From contig NW_002060965.1 of assembly GCF_000150275.1 (NCBI RefSeq), positions 124,001 to 188,000 of the forward strand: a stretch of DNA of 64,000 nucleotides. The letters run 5' to 3'. Numbering within the stretch: the stretch's first letter is position 1; each line of letters starts with the position of its first letter. The notes under the pieces are model-generated. The model was not told the origin of the DNA and ran no database searches. It was given only the letters and a program-made list of their open reading frames with translations. Positions 27,834 to 40,500 of this stretch are shown here, in pieces. Made by a program: the position numbers and the translations under genes. This stretch comes from Trichoplax adhaerens (Eukaryota > Animalia > Placozoa).

Positions 27834-29832
27834 CTATGCAGTATGTTTGAATACAGAAACGCGATTACCCTCTATCTTAATTTTTTTACATTTTTTAATC
27901 CACTTTTTAAACAATTCATCACGATCTAGGGCACCACTAGTTCGGGAATGATCACCACTTTCATCTAAAATGGCAAATACCTGTACCACAATATAATATT
28001 TGTTTTATTTACTTATCGATTGTAAAAATAACCAAATAGGGAAATTGCAATACACATTTTCTTAAAAGAAGTTTACAATTTAAATTAACTTGTAACCTTT
28101 TTCTTTAAATGTTTCATGGAAATAGAGCCCTTTTCGGTACTTTTTACAATTCGCGATATAGTCTTTTTCCAGTTAAATTTCTCTGTGTGAGCTATTATTA
28201 TTAATAAATAGTTAGAGTGAAGTAATGAGGTGAAATCAGCCTAGGTGAAGGTATAAAGGATGAGATTCTTACCATTTGAAGAATCTCCATTTTTGTTTGT
28301 CGTCAGTGTATCAATACTGCTAGATGAAATATTTTTACTTTCAGTCTTTAATTTCTTACGTTTCTCAGCTGAATAGGTATCATCGGAGACAGGCGAAACT
28401 TTCTTTTTCTTCCCATGCTTAGAGCTATCTTCACCGTTCTCTTTTAGTTTTCTTTTTTTCGCCTTTCTATTTTCTTTATCAGGCTCGGCAGATGTGTTGG
28501 GAACGTGGGATGAGGTCTCAACATTGCTTGAAGATTTTTCCTTTTTGACCTCTATCAAGTATCAATAATGACAGCATTAGGCACAGTATTTACAGTTAGA
28601 GATACAGTAATCCCCACGAATGATAACGACATACTTTTAGTCTTTTTTTCTTCACTTATAGCATTAACAGGTAGTTCTTTGGGTAAGTCTACAGCTTCTT
28701 GTCTTGCTGGAGTGGTCACTTGACCTTTTTCTTGTGGTTCTGCAGAATCTGGAGTACCATTCTAATAGATAAACGTTAAATTAGCAAAAGATATTGAATC
28801 ATTACAGGATGACAAGCTTGGCAATAGACATGAATTCTTGCATACCATCGATGCAGCAAATAATTCCCAGACTTGGTTCAGTAAAGCTTCATTATAAACT
28901 TTGACACTATTCTTCATGAAATTCTACTTTAACAGAGAATATCAAAATTGGGCGTAGGTTAATTTTAGCGTGATCTGAGAGAATCGTATCGTTGTCGAAT
29001 AATTATTAAGAGCCATGTAGACAAGTGTGGTATGCTGTTGCTTTCTATGATGCAGTATAAATGCAATTGCCAGAATGGAGCTACCATTTATTACTTTCTT
29101 TATTCGCTAGGCAATAGCGTCTTTTTTATGAATGGATGCAATAGACTAGAGTATAGTTCAAATAGCTCAAAACACATCCTTTTAGCAATTTGCACTTACA
29201 ATAAATTTCTTCTTCTTTCTCGGTACATTATCAAAGTTGGCAATTTTTTGTATGATTGAATTGATACGAGGATTGGTAGAATTCTTAGAGGCAGTCATCG
29301 ATTGAAGGTTCTACATAAAACAACATAGTTGTCCCATGTTAGAATGAGATGCATCTTTGCACATACAGTTAGGAATCCAAGTCAGTGATAGCAAGAGCAT
29401 CGCCATGATACACACAGTAAGTATGTTGCAAACAAGTCATTTTGGTGTAGTATCATTACATCTAGGCATGATTTAGTATGCCATCCGTGTATCCAGTTCT
29501 CATCCTCGATATATATTGTAAGCCCATGCATGCATTCATTCATTCTAGAGCTGACGTAGTTCGTATCCCACATTGCAAAATACTCTTACCTTAGTCCAAT
29601 CCAGCTGTTTCTTTTCACCTTTATTCACTTTATCCTTGGCTTGAAAGAGTTTCCCTTGATATTTTTCAGCTTCAGATATACATTTGGTATGATTAGTATA
29701 GCTATCACCGTAAAAACTCTGACCACAGTCCATGCAGGAAAGGGAAGAGCATCCTGAACATTGCATTAGATGCTTTTCTACCTTGTTCTTCTTGACGCTT
29801 TCCCCACATGCATTGCATGTAAACGCTACCAT
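27834..29832 (-). CDS. LYAR: LYAR, nucleolar C2HC zinc-finger protein (356 aa)
   Basis: 7 exons: 29832-29590, 29310-29200, 28923-28846, 28761-28635, 28551-28273, 28182-28097, 27980-27834. Motifs: MVAFTCNACGESVKKNKVEKH..C....LSCMDC......HTKCISEAEKY, DNVPRKKKKFINF, a Lys-rich middle and KFNWKKTI in the C-terminal domain. Confidence 0.95.
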
Positions 29833-30402
29833 TTTCAACAACAATTTCCTTGTGTAACGACTCAATCAATTGGAGACTTGTACTGCTGCAATGATCGCAA
29901 GACGTCTATCTAAATGGATCCTAGATTGAATAAGATCGCAGATTTCTGATCGTGAAGTACACCTCAGTATGGAGAGATGTCCGCGTTGCTGATGATTTAA
30001 TTTTCAAACACTGCACTCATTGCTCGGTTGTCAGGTCAACGCTGACTAGGCGATACGCTCTTCATAGAGCGTCACATTGACTACTGTATGAGTGTATTGA
30101 TAGGGTGTTGGAAAGCAAGCATGGACATTTGGACACTGGACAGGCATAACTTTAGCGAGAATCAGCAGTCCTCGCTAGTCCTAGCCGCTACCGTGGTGGG
30201 ACTTCTTGTTTGCTTACTCGTGATAGAGGGAATGAATCAGCGCTGTTGCTGTTTATCTGCCTCTACACAGCTATTCCTAGGTGTTATTCGTTTATTTTTG
30301 GATATACTCGTATCACTCATGAGAGGGAGTGTTTTCCATTTCTAGCAACGAGTAAGTGAAGAGTAAAGGCATGGCTCTTTTACTGCTTCATTTGTATCGG
30401 GA

Positions 30403-30636
30403 GGCCTCTTCTTGTTCTGGTCATTCTACTATGGCGCAGAGCGGAAACCGAACATCATATAGACCACCATGCAGGTTGCTGATATCCGAAACAAGAAAGA
30501 GACGGACAGAGGACGGTCGTTTCAAGAGACTACTCTCTGCAATCATCATGAACTGCTTGCTTTGATTTTCTTTAGTAAGATAGACGGTTTCCGGGGTAGC
30601 GTCTTTTACTAGAATGACCAGAAGAAGGATGAGGCC
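30403..30636. other. Long-range imperfect inverted repeat (candidate structured RNA) in the LYAR/TACC divergent region
   Basis: TTCTGGTCATTCTA (30415-30428) pairs perfectly with TAGAATGACCAGAA (30610-30623). GGCCTC/GAGGCC extends it outward and GGAAACCG (30443-30450)/CGGTTTCC (30585-30592) extends it inward. Confidence 0.6.
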
Positions 30637-31598
30637 ATTTACGATTCTTACTTATACTGTACAGCCATGCACCAGTGCATAAGACTACTAAATTTACATC
30701 GGAGTGAATTTGGTGCATTGAGTAGTCTATGACCATCATGATTAACCAGTGCTTTAGCTATGAGCATTATTCACGTCACCTTGATCGATTCTTCCTTAAT
30801 AGGCAGTAATGTATTCTTTGAGCCGATAGCATCACTTTGTAAGACACTATTTTTTCTTCTATAGAAGTTATATCAGTTCTACCGTCCGTATGGTCAGTAC
30901 AGCCAGTACAGTATCCAATAGATGACTACACCTGCGCAGCATTGCTCCACCCACCTCCTATTGTATTCCAATATAGCCGTTACATTCTATTGTTCCGATT
31001 TAAATTTCAAAAATTTTTCATTGATTAATTAACCAAATGTATATATACAATCGAATTTGAATGCATGCGCTCGTGCATTAAAAACTGCAATGTGAACATG
31101 AAATCGACAGTAACTGTCCATTATCGCATTTGAAAGTGGTATAGCGTATTCTTATTGACTAGATCTTCAAGACAGTGACTGCTACAGAGTCGAAACTTGT
31201 TATTTTGATCGGGAGATATCCAGCTAGAAATTCAATCAGTAGCACTACGCCTTATTCAAGACGATCGATAGATAGTTGGTGTGTTTCTTGTTTTTTTTGC
31301 TTGTACTGCGATTCTTATCCTTTTTCATCGAACCAAGCCAAACGTCGTTGTAAGTGTGCTTCAATGATGAATTGGGCATGTTGTTCATGCTTGTTGTACG
31401 ATGTTATGCAATACAGTAATAGAATTATCGATTTTTACTAGTGCAATAATACGTAACCAATTAAATTAGTGGTATGTAAATTGGATCAGTGAGTATTTCG
31501 ACTTGACGAAGGATATCTGCTGTCGTTCTTTTTAATCGTTAACATTGGTATCTTGTTTTTTCCCTTCTACAGTACAGACGTAACGCAAGGAAGTAAAT

Positions 31599-34500
31599 AT
31601 GAATCAAGCTTTTCAACAGAGTGGTGAAAATGAAAATACTTTCATGCCCATCAAGTCCGTCACCGACACGGTCTATTCGCCCAATGGTAACAGCATGAAT
31701 GGCTTTCATAACGACTCTTCGGCTAACAAATCTATCTTGAAGCCAAGTAACAACATCAATCTACAACCAAGTAAAAAGGTATTCCATTAATCTTAAAAGT
31801 ATCTTATTTAGCGTAATATAGATAGTAGTTGAAATTGCAGTGTATTTAACATTTCACTTCTAGTTACTGTAAGAAAATAGTGTAATCTTCAGATTGACAT
31901 TGTGCCCTACTTTTTACAAGTACAACACATCAACGTACTGTACTAGTAGCAGGTAATACCATTAGATAGTCAATATTTGTTATAATTATTATTATTATTT
32001 CAATTTTAAAAGTACCCCAATCACATGGGTGCATTAACCAGTTTAAAACGCACTACTGCTACTATCCTGTTAAAAGCGAAAGATGATACCAGATCACCGT
32101 TGGTCAGTATCATACAGCAATAGTAACGCTTTTGGCAATAATACTCTACAGTTGATTTCAAAAGGAGTCTATCAAGGACGGCACATTTAAAGTGCCATGA
32201 TGTACGTTATAATTATGATCAACCTTTTCTAAGCGCAAAAATGTCTACGGTACTATATGCAAATAGAATTGAAAAGATTCAGAAGAAACCCTTGAAAACT
32301 CCATGTGGCAGTGGGCACGAGATACCAATATCATTGGATAGTTCATACCTAGACCATACCAACTTATACAGTAGACTAAACGCTCGAATAGAGTCTAAAA
32401 TTTTCCTTTTCAATGTACAAATTAAAGTATGCCCATCGGGACGAGTACTATACTTGTACACAGTAGAATTATTATAAATTAATTATTTACTACATAAAAC
32501 GGGTGCGCATTCTTTACTTATGTAATTATTAACAGTTAGCAAAATGTTCTCTTTGATTGAATTCAATTTTAAACGATCAGCATTCACCCATTGGAAGGTA
32601 AAATGTACTTGCTATGAGTGTTGTCTTTTCTCATCTATATTTATAATACGAGTTGGCTATACACTATTGATAAAGACTCTATGATAATGAAAAAAGTTGT
32701 AATCAATATTCTGATTGTCACATTTTATATGCACATATGTATACAAATGGATCGCCATGACATGAAATTGTAAGCAATTTTTAGTATACAACCCAATATT
32801 CAGTATCTTTCACATAGTACATGTATTTTGTTTATTGATATAACCACATGAGCAGATAAAACATTTCAACTTGGCAAACAGGGTTACTGTATTTTATTGA
32901 CTGGAAGTAAATTTCAGTGGTCTATGCTATGCCACTATCATTTGATTACACGCCTTGAATTTATTTTTATTCATGAGAATGATAGTTGATAATTTACAAG
33001 AGCTTTCCATGTGTAAATTATATTAAAAAAATTATCTAATTTCAAGTTGCAATTTATTTAATAAGCCATTAGTAGGAAATGTATATTTTACTTAACAAGA
33101 CCGGTAGAAAGTATAATAGGCTTATGAACTAGTCATTATACTGGTATGATACAATGATTGCAATAATTTTGATTATCTTGGTAATTTGCAGCAGAAGTAG
33201 GAGAATACAATACAGTTATGTACTTGATGGAAGCAATGTGTGAAAGTGAAACAGTTCTCTGCCTTAGTGTAATGCATTACTGTAGGACATATCGATATTC
33301 TATTTTTTATTTTCAAGGCTACCAGTAGGCAGCTACTAGAATGCTAAACACGTAAAAAAAAAAAGTAAGATTGAAAGTTCATTTTTAGTCCTATTGATCT
33401 AATCGTCTACCGCGAATGAATAGTATACAAGTATTTACAGTACAGTCAGTAGTGGACATTAATAGTCATGAGATTGTAAAATAATAAATTCTTGGAGGTA
33501 ATTTACCAAGTGAGATTACCGTAGCAGTATTTATCGCTGCTACTTATTCCTGGCAGTTTTTCGATTTTTAAGAATATTATTATTTAATTCAGTGGTTAGA
33601 TTAAAGGGATAAAATCCATATATGATGGATAAGCAGTACAGTATATAAATGATCGGTGGTGAAATCCAATCCTTGGCCGAACCTATGCGTGCATACTGTA
33701 GCTGTATCATTTGTCATGCTGATTCCTGTCTCTACCATTACTGTACACTGTACAGTATGTCAATGCTATCGATTCGATGTCAACTTGCTGATTGTCATCG
33801 AAGTATTCCTCTACTCCGTCTGCAGGTATAGACAGCATCCTTTCATGCAGTACTGTACACTAGAGTACAACACATCTGTCATGCTGGTTCTTTTCACCAT
33901 GGTGAATAAATACCGACCGTACTTTCGATTCATGATTGAATGATCGGATTACATCATCTACTTGTCAATTTTCCTCTACTCTATCTGTCGAGTATATGCG
34001 TATACGAATTGTACAGTATAATAAATCCTCTGGGTTATTTTACCTCCATCACTTGGGTCACATTACTCAGATACTACATAGTGCATAGTAGGGATATTGA
34101 GAGTCTCTATTGTACACTTGTACCTATGATTTCCTTCTCTTTCCTGAAATAAGTACATTACTATCCCTTGGTTGTCCATGGGACGATTGTCGTCAAAGTT
34201 TTCCTTTACTCGATAATACGTCTGCTGGGCCTATTCTGCATGACAATACTGAGTTTAAGTCTACGGTATTCCAAGGCAATTCCGTCCCTTCTCTACCATG
34301 CAATGGATACTGTACGATCGGTTATATACTGCATATATATTAGTGGTCCATTCAATGACTACTAACATGGTTTTCCAGACTTTATCAGTGGCTGATAGCC
34401 GATCGAGTAATATACAGTACTGTACTATATGGCGGCATGTGAATTAAAGTCTGCTCAATGACGTGCATTTCCTCCTGAAAGAATACATCGATGTACAGAT

Positions 34501-37500
34501 GGAGCCAATAATAATACCGTCATTGTAATTTTATGAGTAAGAATCAAATGGTGCAGTTACTGCCGTGAAAGTCGAATTGCAGCATTTTTTTACAGTCTAC
34601 TCGTTGCTTCTTTGCGTCACCTTGTAGGCGAGTCCATTCTACTGATATAAGCTGTTTGGTTGTTGACTATCGAATACCGTAGCAGGCAGAGTTTTAGTTG
34701 GATGGTCGCTCCATCTTCGCAGTCGACCATTGCATTGTAATGACTGCATATAGGTGAGTCATTATGACCAGTAAAGATACTTTGCACTGTCCATGGTCCA
34801 GGTAAAAAAGTCCAAACATCTGCATTGCATGGGGTCCAAATCACGCGTGGGTACTCCAACAGGGCGGCGGATATGGCGTTAGTGCAATCGTCAGCCAACA
34901 ATTCATTCTACATATACCATCCACAGTTATCAAGTACGATTGCTCGACTCTTTATGACCTTCGATACTAAAACCATGACTCAATCTCCAACTATAGCACT
35001 GTACTTGGCCAATCTACTGTATATATCTCCAATTCTATCGTCCAAGTTTTCCCTCATTAAGGAACGGGAGGGGGTAACTCCTTAGTACGCGTATTTACAG
35101 TACAACAAATTGTCTACAACAGTATCTTTGTAAGTACTGAATGGCGTGTATGATATTATTTACCATTTTATAATGACTGTACGTATAGAGTAGTGCTTTA
35201 TTTTGTTTTCGTGAGCAGCATACTGTGACTCTGGCCTTCATCAGTACAATCGTCGACTGCTCAACTCATCTTGGCAATTTTCTGCCTCCCATTTGGATAT
35301 TATTTCGAGCAGTCTGATTGCAAGCCAAGCTCGTTTTTGCTCCTAGCCTAAAAGGTCTATAATACCTGCACCACTTTGACACGGTACGCCGGGCCCGGTC
35401 CATTCCGGTCTTTACCTGTATCCAGTATTCCAGTGTGGCAGCCACAAGACTTTATTCGATTGGGTATCATACAGTACGTTGTAGTACTGTACACTGTAAA
35501 GTGGAGTGGAAGTACTGTACTGTACAGTACAGTACAACAATTAGTCAATCACTGTCCAGTACAATGTACAGTACATTGTACAGTACTGTACAACCATGGA
35601 GTACTCAGTACTGTATGTTTCTAGTACAGTACTGTACAGTACTAGTCAGTCACCCATTCACAACAATTAATCCATACAGAAGCATGCTGTACTGTCGAGG
35701 TACAGTACAGTACTGTATACCCGGCTCGGTCCTTTCCGGTCTTTACCTGTATCCAGTGTGGCAGCCACAAGACTTTATTCGATTGAGTATACTGTACAGT
35801 ACGTTGAAGTACTGTACACTGTAAAGTGGAGTGGTAGTACTGTAGCACAACAGTCACTGTCCAGTACAATGTACAGTACAACCATGGAGTACTCAGTACT
35901 GTATGTTTCTAGTACAGTACTGTACTACAAGTCAGTCACCCATTCACAACAATGAATCCATACAGAAGCATGCTGTACCGTCGCGGTACTGTACAGTATG
36001 CCCGGCCCGGTCCATTCCGGTCTGTACCTGTATCCAATGTTGCAGGCGCAAGATTCCATTCGATTCGGCATCACACTCAGTACTGTACAAGTTAGTCACC
36101 CATTCACAGGAATTAATCCATACAGAGGCATACTATCGCTCGTATATTACATGTGCTATACTGGAGAGGTACAGTACAGTAGATGTAATCTTGTACAGTG
36201 TACAGTGAAACCTGTCCACTGTACAGTATATCGTACTGTACGCGGGACAGCGTGTCTGGTCCACAGTGTACAGTAGCGTATGTACAGTATTGTACTGTAC
36301 ATGAGGATAGAATGTACTGTAATCCACTCTGCCTTGCAACGAGTGACGCACACTGTCGCCGTTGTCGCATATGCACCCTGAGTCGAGTCAATGCGGCTAT
36401 CGTCTGTTCGATACAACAGCAGAGAGAAGAGAAGTCAGTAGAGACGTACGCCAACGCCAAGACAACACTCTTCGGCGTGTTGATCAGCCTCGGCGTACAT
36501 TTGAAATGATTTAACGGAATTGCGACTGGACTCCATTGCCTCTTTTGCTCTTCTCTTCTATCGATTCCTCTTGCATATTGATGAAATTGTGTTTATTGGC
36601 CATTTATTAACTGCAAATCCATCCAGGATTACAAAAGACGTTGACTATCTTGATTTAAACGTGATGTATTCAATGATTTAGGTCTACTTTAAAGAAGAAG
36701 TGGAGGTTGGTAACATCTCGCTTTCCAATTGTAGCCAGCCAGTGGCAATTCCTGCACAATCGCAAATTGAGAATCAATCGCAGGTAAGTTAGCCAACGTA
36801 GTCAATCGACTTTACTACCAATAGAGAGGATAGATTGTCGTCGTTATGCAGTAGAAATAAGGATAGCACAATAGTTCCCAATTGGGGGACCATGTTGGAA
36901 AGAGGATTCTTTCTTCATCAAGCAAAATGGCCTGTCCATGATGGCTGGCTGTTTCAACAAAATTGCAACACAATTCTCTATCCATACCTTTCAAATCGTC
37001 TACTATTTGCTAGCATGTTAGAGCATGGGAAAAATAATATCGGAGAGCACGAGATAGTGGTAGTAGTCTTTAGCCAATCATGGACTTAATACTTGTAGAG
37101 ATAACTCATGATTCTCATAACGCCATGGAGAGCGGTCAAACATGACTGACCGAGGATAAAAAAAAATGAAAGGATCAAAGTGGAGAAATTGGTCATTGGC
37201 AACATGCTCAACTTCATCGTCAACACATTCCACTACGAGGAAGAGGGCGGTGATGAAATTAGACTAGTTGATGCTTCGGTTTCATGTTGAATAACGTCGC
37301 AAGTCTTTCTTGTCAAGTAGTTTTGAGTCAGACTCAAGGTAGACAGAGTAGTACTGTAGTAGTCTTGATAATAATAACATTTTCCAGCACAATGCCATTA
37401 ATTGGGGGATGGCTCAACTATTTTTCATCGTTCAGTCCAATGATATTGGATCATATCATTTTATATAGCACACTATGGCAAGCCGTGATGACTTTAAAAT

Positions 37501-40500
37501 AAAAATTGGCTGGCCCTTGAAATGCTTTTCAATACAAAGCAGTTTTGTTCAACATTGACATTGAAAATGAACTACTACTTGTTTACGTCGTGCTGCCATT
37601 TTTCAACACGATTGTGTCAATTGTCAAATACGTTGATCAAAGTTGGATAATCTTGATTGTATTTTATTCAATAGGAATCACTTCAAAACGTCAATTGCCT
37701 TGATTTACGTCCCTCAAGGTAAATTATTCGCTGAATGTAGAGTAATTTATAAACGCATATTCTAATAGATTTACAATCGATTGATCAATGGATTGAAGAT
37801 TGAGTTGAGACTAATCTCAAATCATCCACCTATTTAATGATTTATACAAATAATTTATTTATCAACCAATCTTTTACCTTGGTCAAAACTGGTAACGATA
37901 GCTTTCTACATGATAACCTCATAGTTAGACTTTGTATTGAAATTACAACAAATACTCTATAGACGACTAGCTCACTCTACCAACTTGCTTTGACATCCAC
38001 TTCATTTTAACCTACTGTAAAGGATGATCGATCGATCATTCATTGCCTTGATATAACTTGCTATACCAAAACATAGTTTAGTCTTACATTGAAACCATTT
38101 CCTGCCTAGGAATCTATCTTTACACACATGTCAGCAATAGAGCAGTATTTTAATAAATTGTCGTATCAATAATAATTGAGTATATCATTTAGACAAAGAT
38201 CTTCTTCTATTTTATTATAGTGAGGAAGGTGACATGTCCACTGGCAATGTATCGTCACCGAAAAAATCCTCCGTAGATGATTTCTCGGAAAGGATTGCTA
38301 ACTTAACTTCTGATATAGAAAAGATTTTGGGCCAGAGTATATCAAGCCCAACTGGTACACCCAGTGAATCAAAAAATAGTGCTATAAAGGCCAGACAACG
38401 ATTGCGTAACCGGAATAAAAGCCCAATTAAAGCTTACACTCCAACAACGCCTGAAGGTATGGTGATTAGAATAGTTTGATTGAACGGAATACATAGTACA
38501 TTGATTGCTTTTTCCTCATAATAACATGCCATAGGCATCGTTCACGTACATCATTTCTATGATACTGTGCACTTGTTAGAGATCGGGTGCCAAAGTTCAA
38601 CTGAAGTTAATGCATAAAATTCAATGATATCATTTTATGCTCATGTACTCCATGGAGCTATCCTTTCGATAGCCTAACACCAAGTAAATATGACTATACT
38701 ATTCGATTGCCCCGCACGTCATATCACGCCAATTACATACAGTATAATATTACTTGGATGTTGCTTGCAATCAGTAAATGCACACAGTCAGTCAAAATTG
38801 ATCAACATTAACATTGAATACCTACCAAATTTCAACAGTCAAATTTTGATATGTACGCGTACAATAGTAGTATAAAATTATAAATTTACATGAATCTAAA
38901 TTGATTTTCGTTGCTATGCCATTGAAGACTCTTTATGAAGCGGCTCCGTTATACACATTAAAACATCGGATGCCAACCCAAATGCAATCTGTGCATACCA
39001 ATCAGCATGTTGATCAATCGGTTGCACTGGGGTCTACAACTGATTAAAGGTGCTATAAAAGTTGTTTCGTACAGTCATGCATGCAACCAGCAACACCTTG
39101 TTAATTTAATTCATAGTGGCTGTAAAATGTATTGCAATGGACGCAAAAGAGAGTCGATATTACAAGTATAATATTCTTGTCTAACAATCAACGGTAGTGT
39201 TGCTATAGTAGTTGCTGGTGTTGCACATTTTCAGTATTCACAAACGATGCAGCTACAACTGATGCTATAATATTGATTAAATTTAGTTCAAATCAGGCAA
39301 TATTCTGTTGAACACTAAAACACAGGTACAGGAAATATTAAATTAATCTATAAATAGTAATTAATGTATTCATCAAGGGATTTCAAACGGCTAATGAAAT
39401 TAAATAGTAGAATTCTAAAATAACCCCGTCATATGTTTTACATGACTTCTGTATCATCAAAATATGGTCGACCGCTTCGTAACTAATATCGGGTGATATA
39501 ATTTACATGATTTACCTAAATCAGTACCTCTTACTAGAATGATTCAATTTTCTCATAGTAAATGATTATGCCGCTACGAAACACCATGTTTATGACGTCA
39601 ATTCAATTTTACCAATAGATGCCCCTGCCAATCTATCCTCTGATATATCGGACCAGTCAATGGATAGTACCAAAACAAGCAATGATTTCAAAGGACCAGC
39701 AGTTGCTGTAACAGTTAGTGACCAAGACGCTGATGGAGATATAGATTATAGCAATGTTAGCTTTAATCCAGAAAAAATAGCACAAGCGTTTGATTTTAGC
39801 GAAGCAACCGTCAACCAACAAGGTAATTTTGTACGGGTTGGAACGTTTCGTAAGAAAAAGACCGACAATCGCCCTACAATTATTCCCAACATTGAAAGTC
39901 CTATTGCTTCACCTACGGTTGCCGGCAATAGTTTATTCGTACCGAATAACGATGGTGCGAATTTTGCTTTGCCTATCGCTCCCACAACTGATAATGCAGA
40001 AGATAATTTAGTAGCTGCTCCCATGATGGATTCAGGTCAAGGAAGAAATTATAGTAGTGCAACAATGATAAAGAAACCAAAAGAACCAGTTAATCATACC
40101 CCAGCATCACAACAACAAATCGATGAAGATGAATTTGTTATGGCAATTGAAGAAGGCTTTAAATCAAGTCAAGGTTAGCAGTATAAATTTCTTCTACTAT
40201 AGGTTACACTAGTAATATCATGCTGTAACTATACCGGGTGAACTAGGCTGTTGCTTCTGATACTGTGCCTGACTACATTGGTCGAAAAGAGTCACTTCTA
40301 ATATGTGCTATATATGTTGCTTGCAGCATTTACTCAAGAATTAGATTATCTAGAGAAAATTGGTACTGGTGCAACGGTATGTTATTGATAAGGTTTTATG
40401 CAGCTGTACAAGTTTATTACGTTGAATAACGGTGATATCGATCGTGTAAACAACTTTTATGTTAACTATATACTATTATAGGTGCAAGAATCTGCGCTTG

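Noticed and set aside
30521-30544. AGACTACTCTC resembling the RNase P P4 3' strand
   Set aside because: No matching GGAAGGTCTG-type 5' strand was found upstream.
35357-36509. About a dozen overlapping 60-130 aa ORFs on both strands
   Set aside because: They are translations of the stop-poor GTACTGTAC repeat and have no protein-like features.
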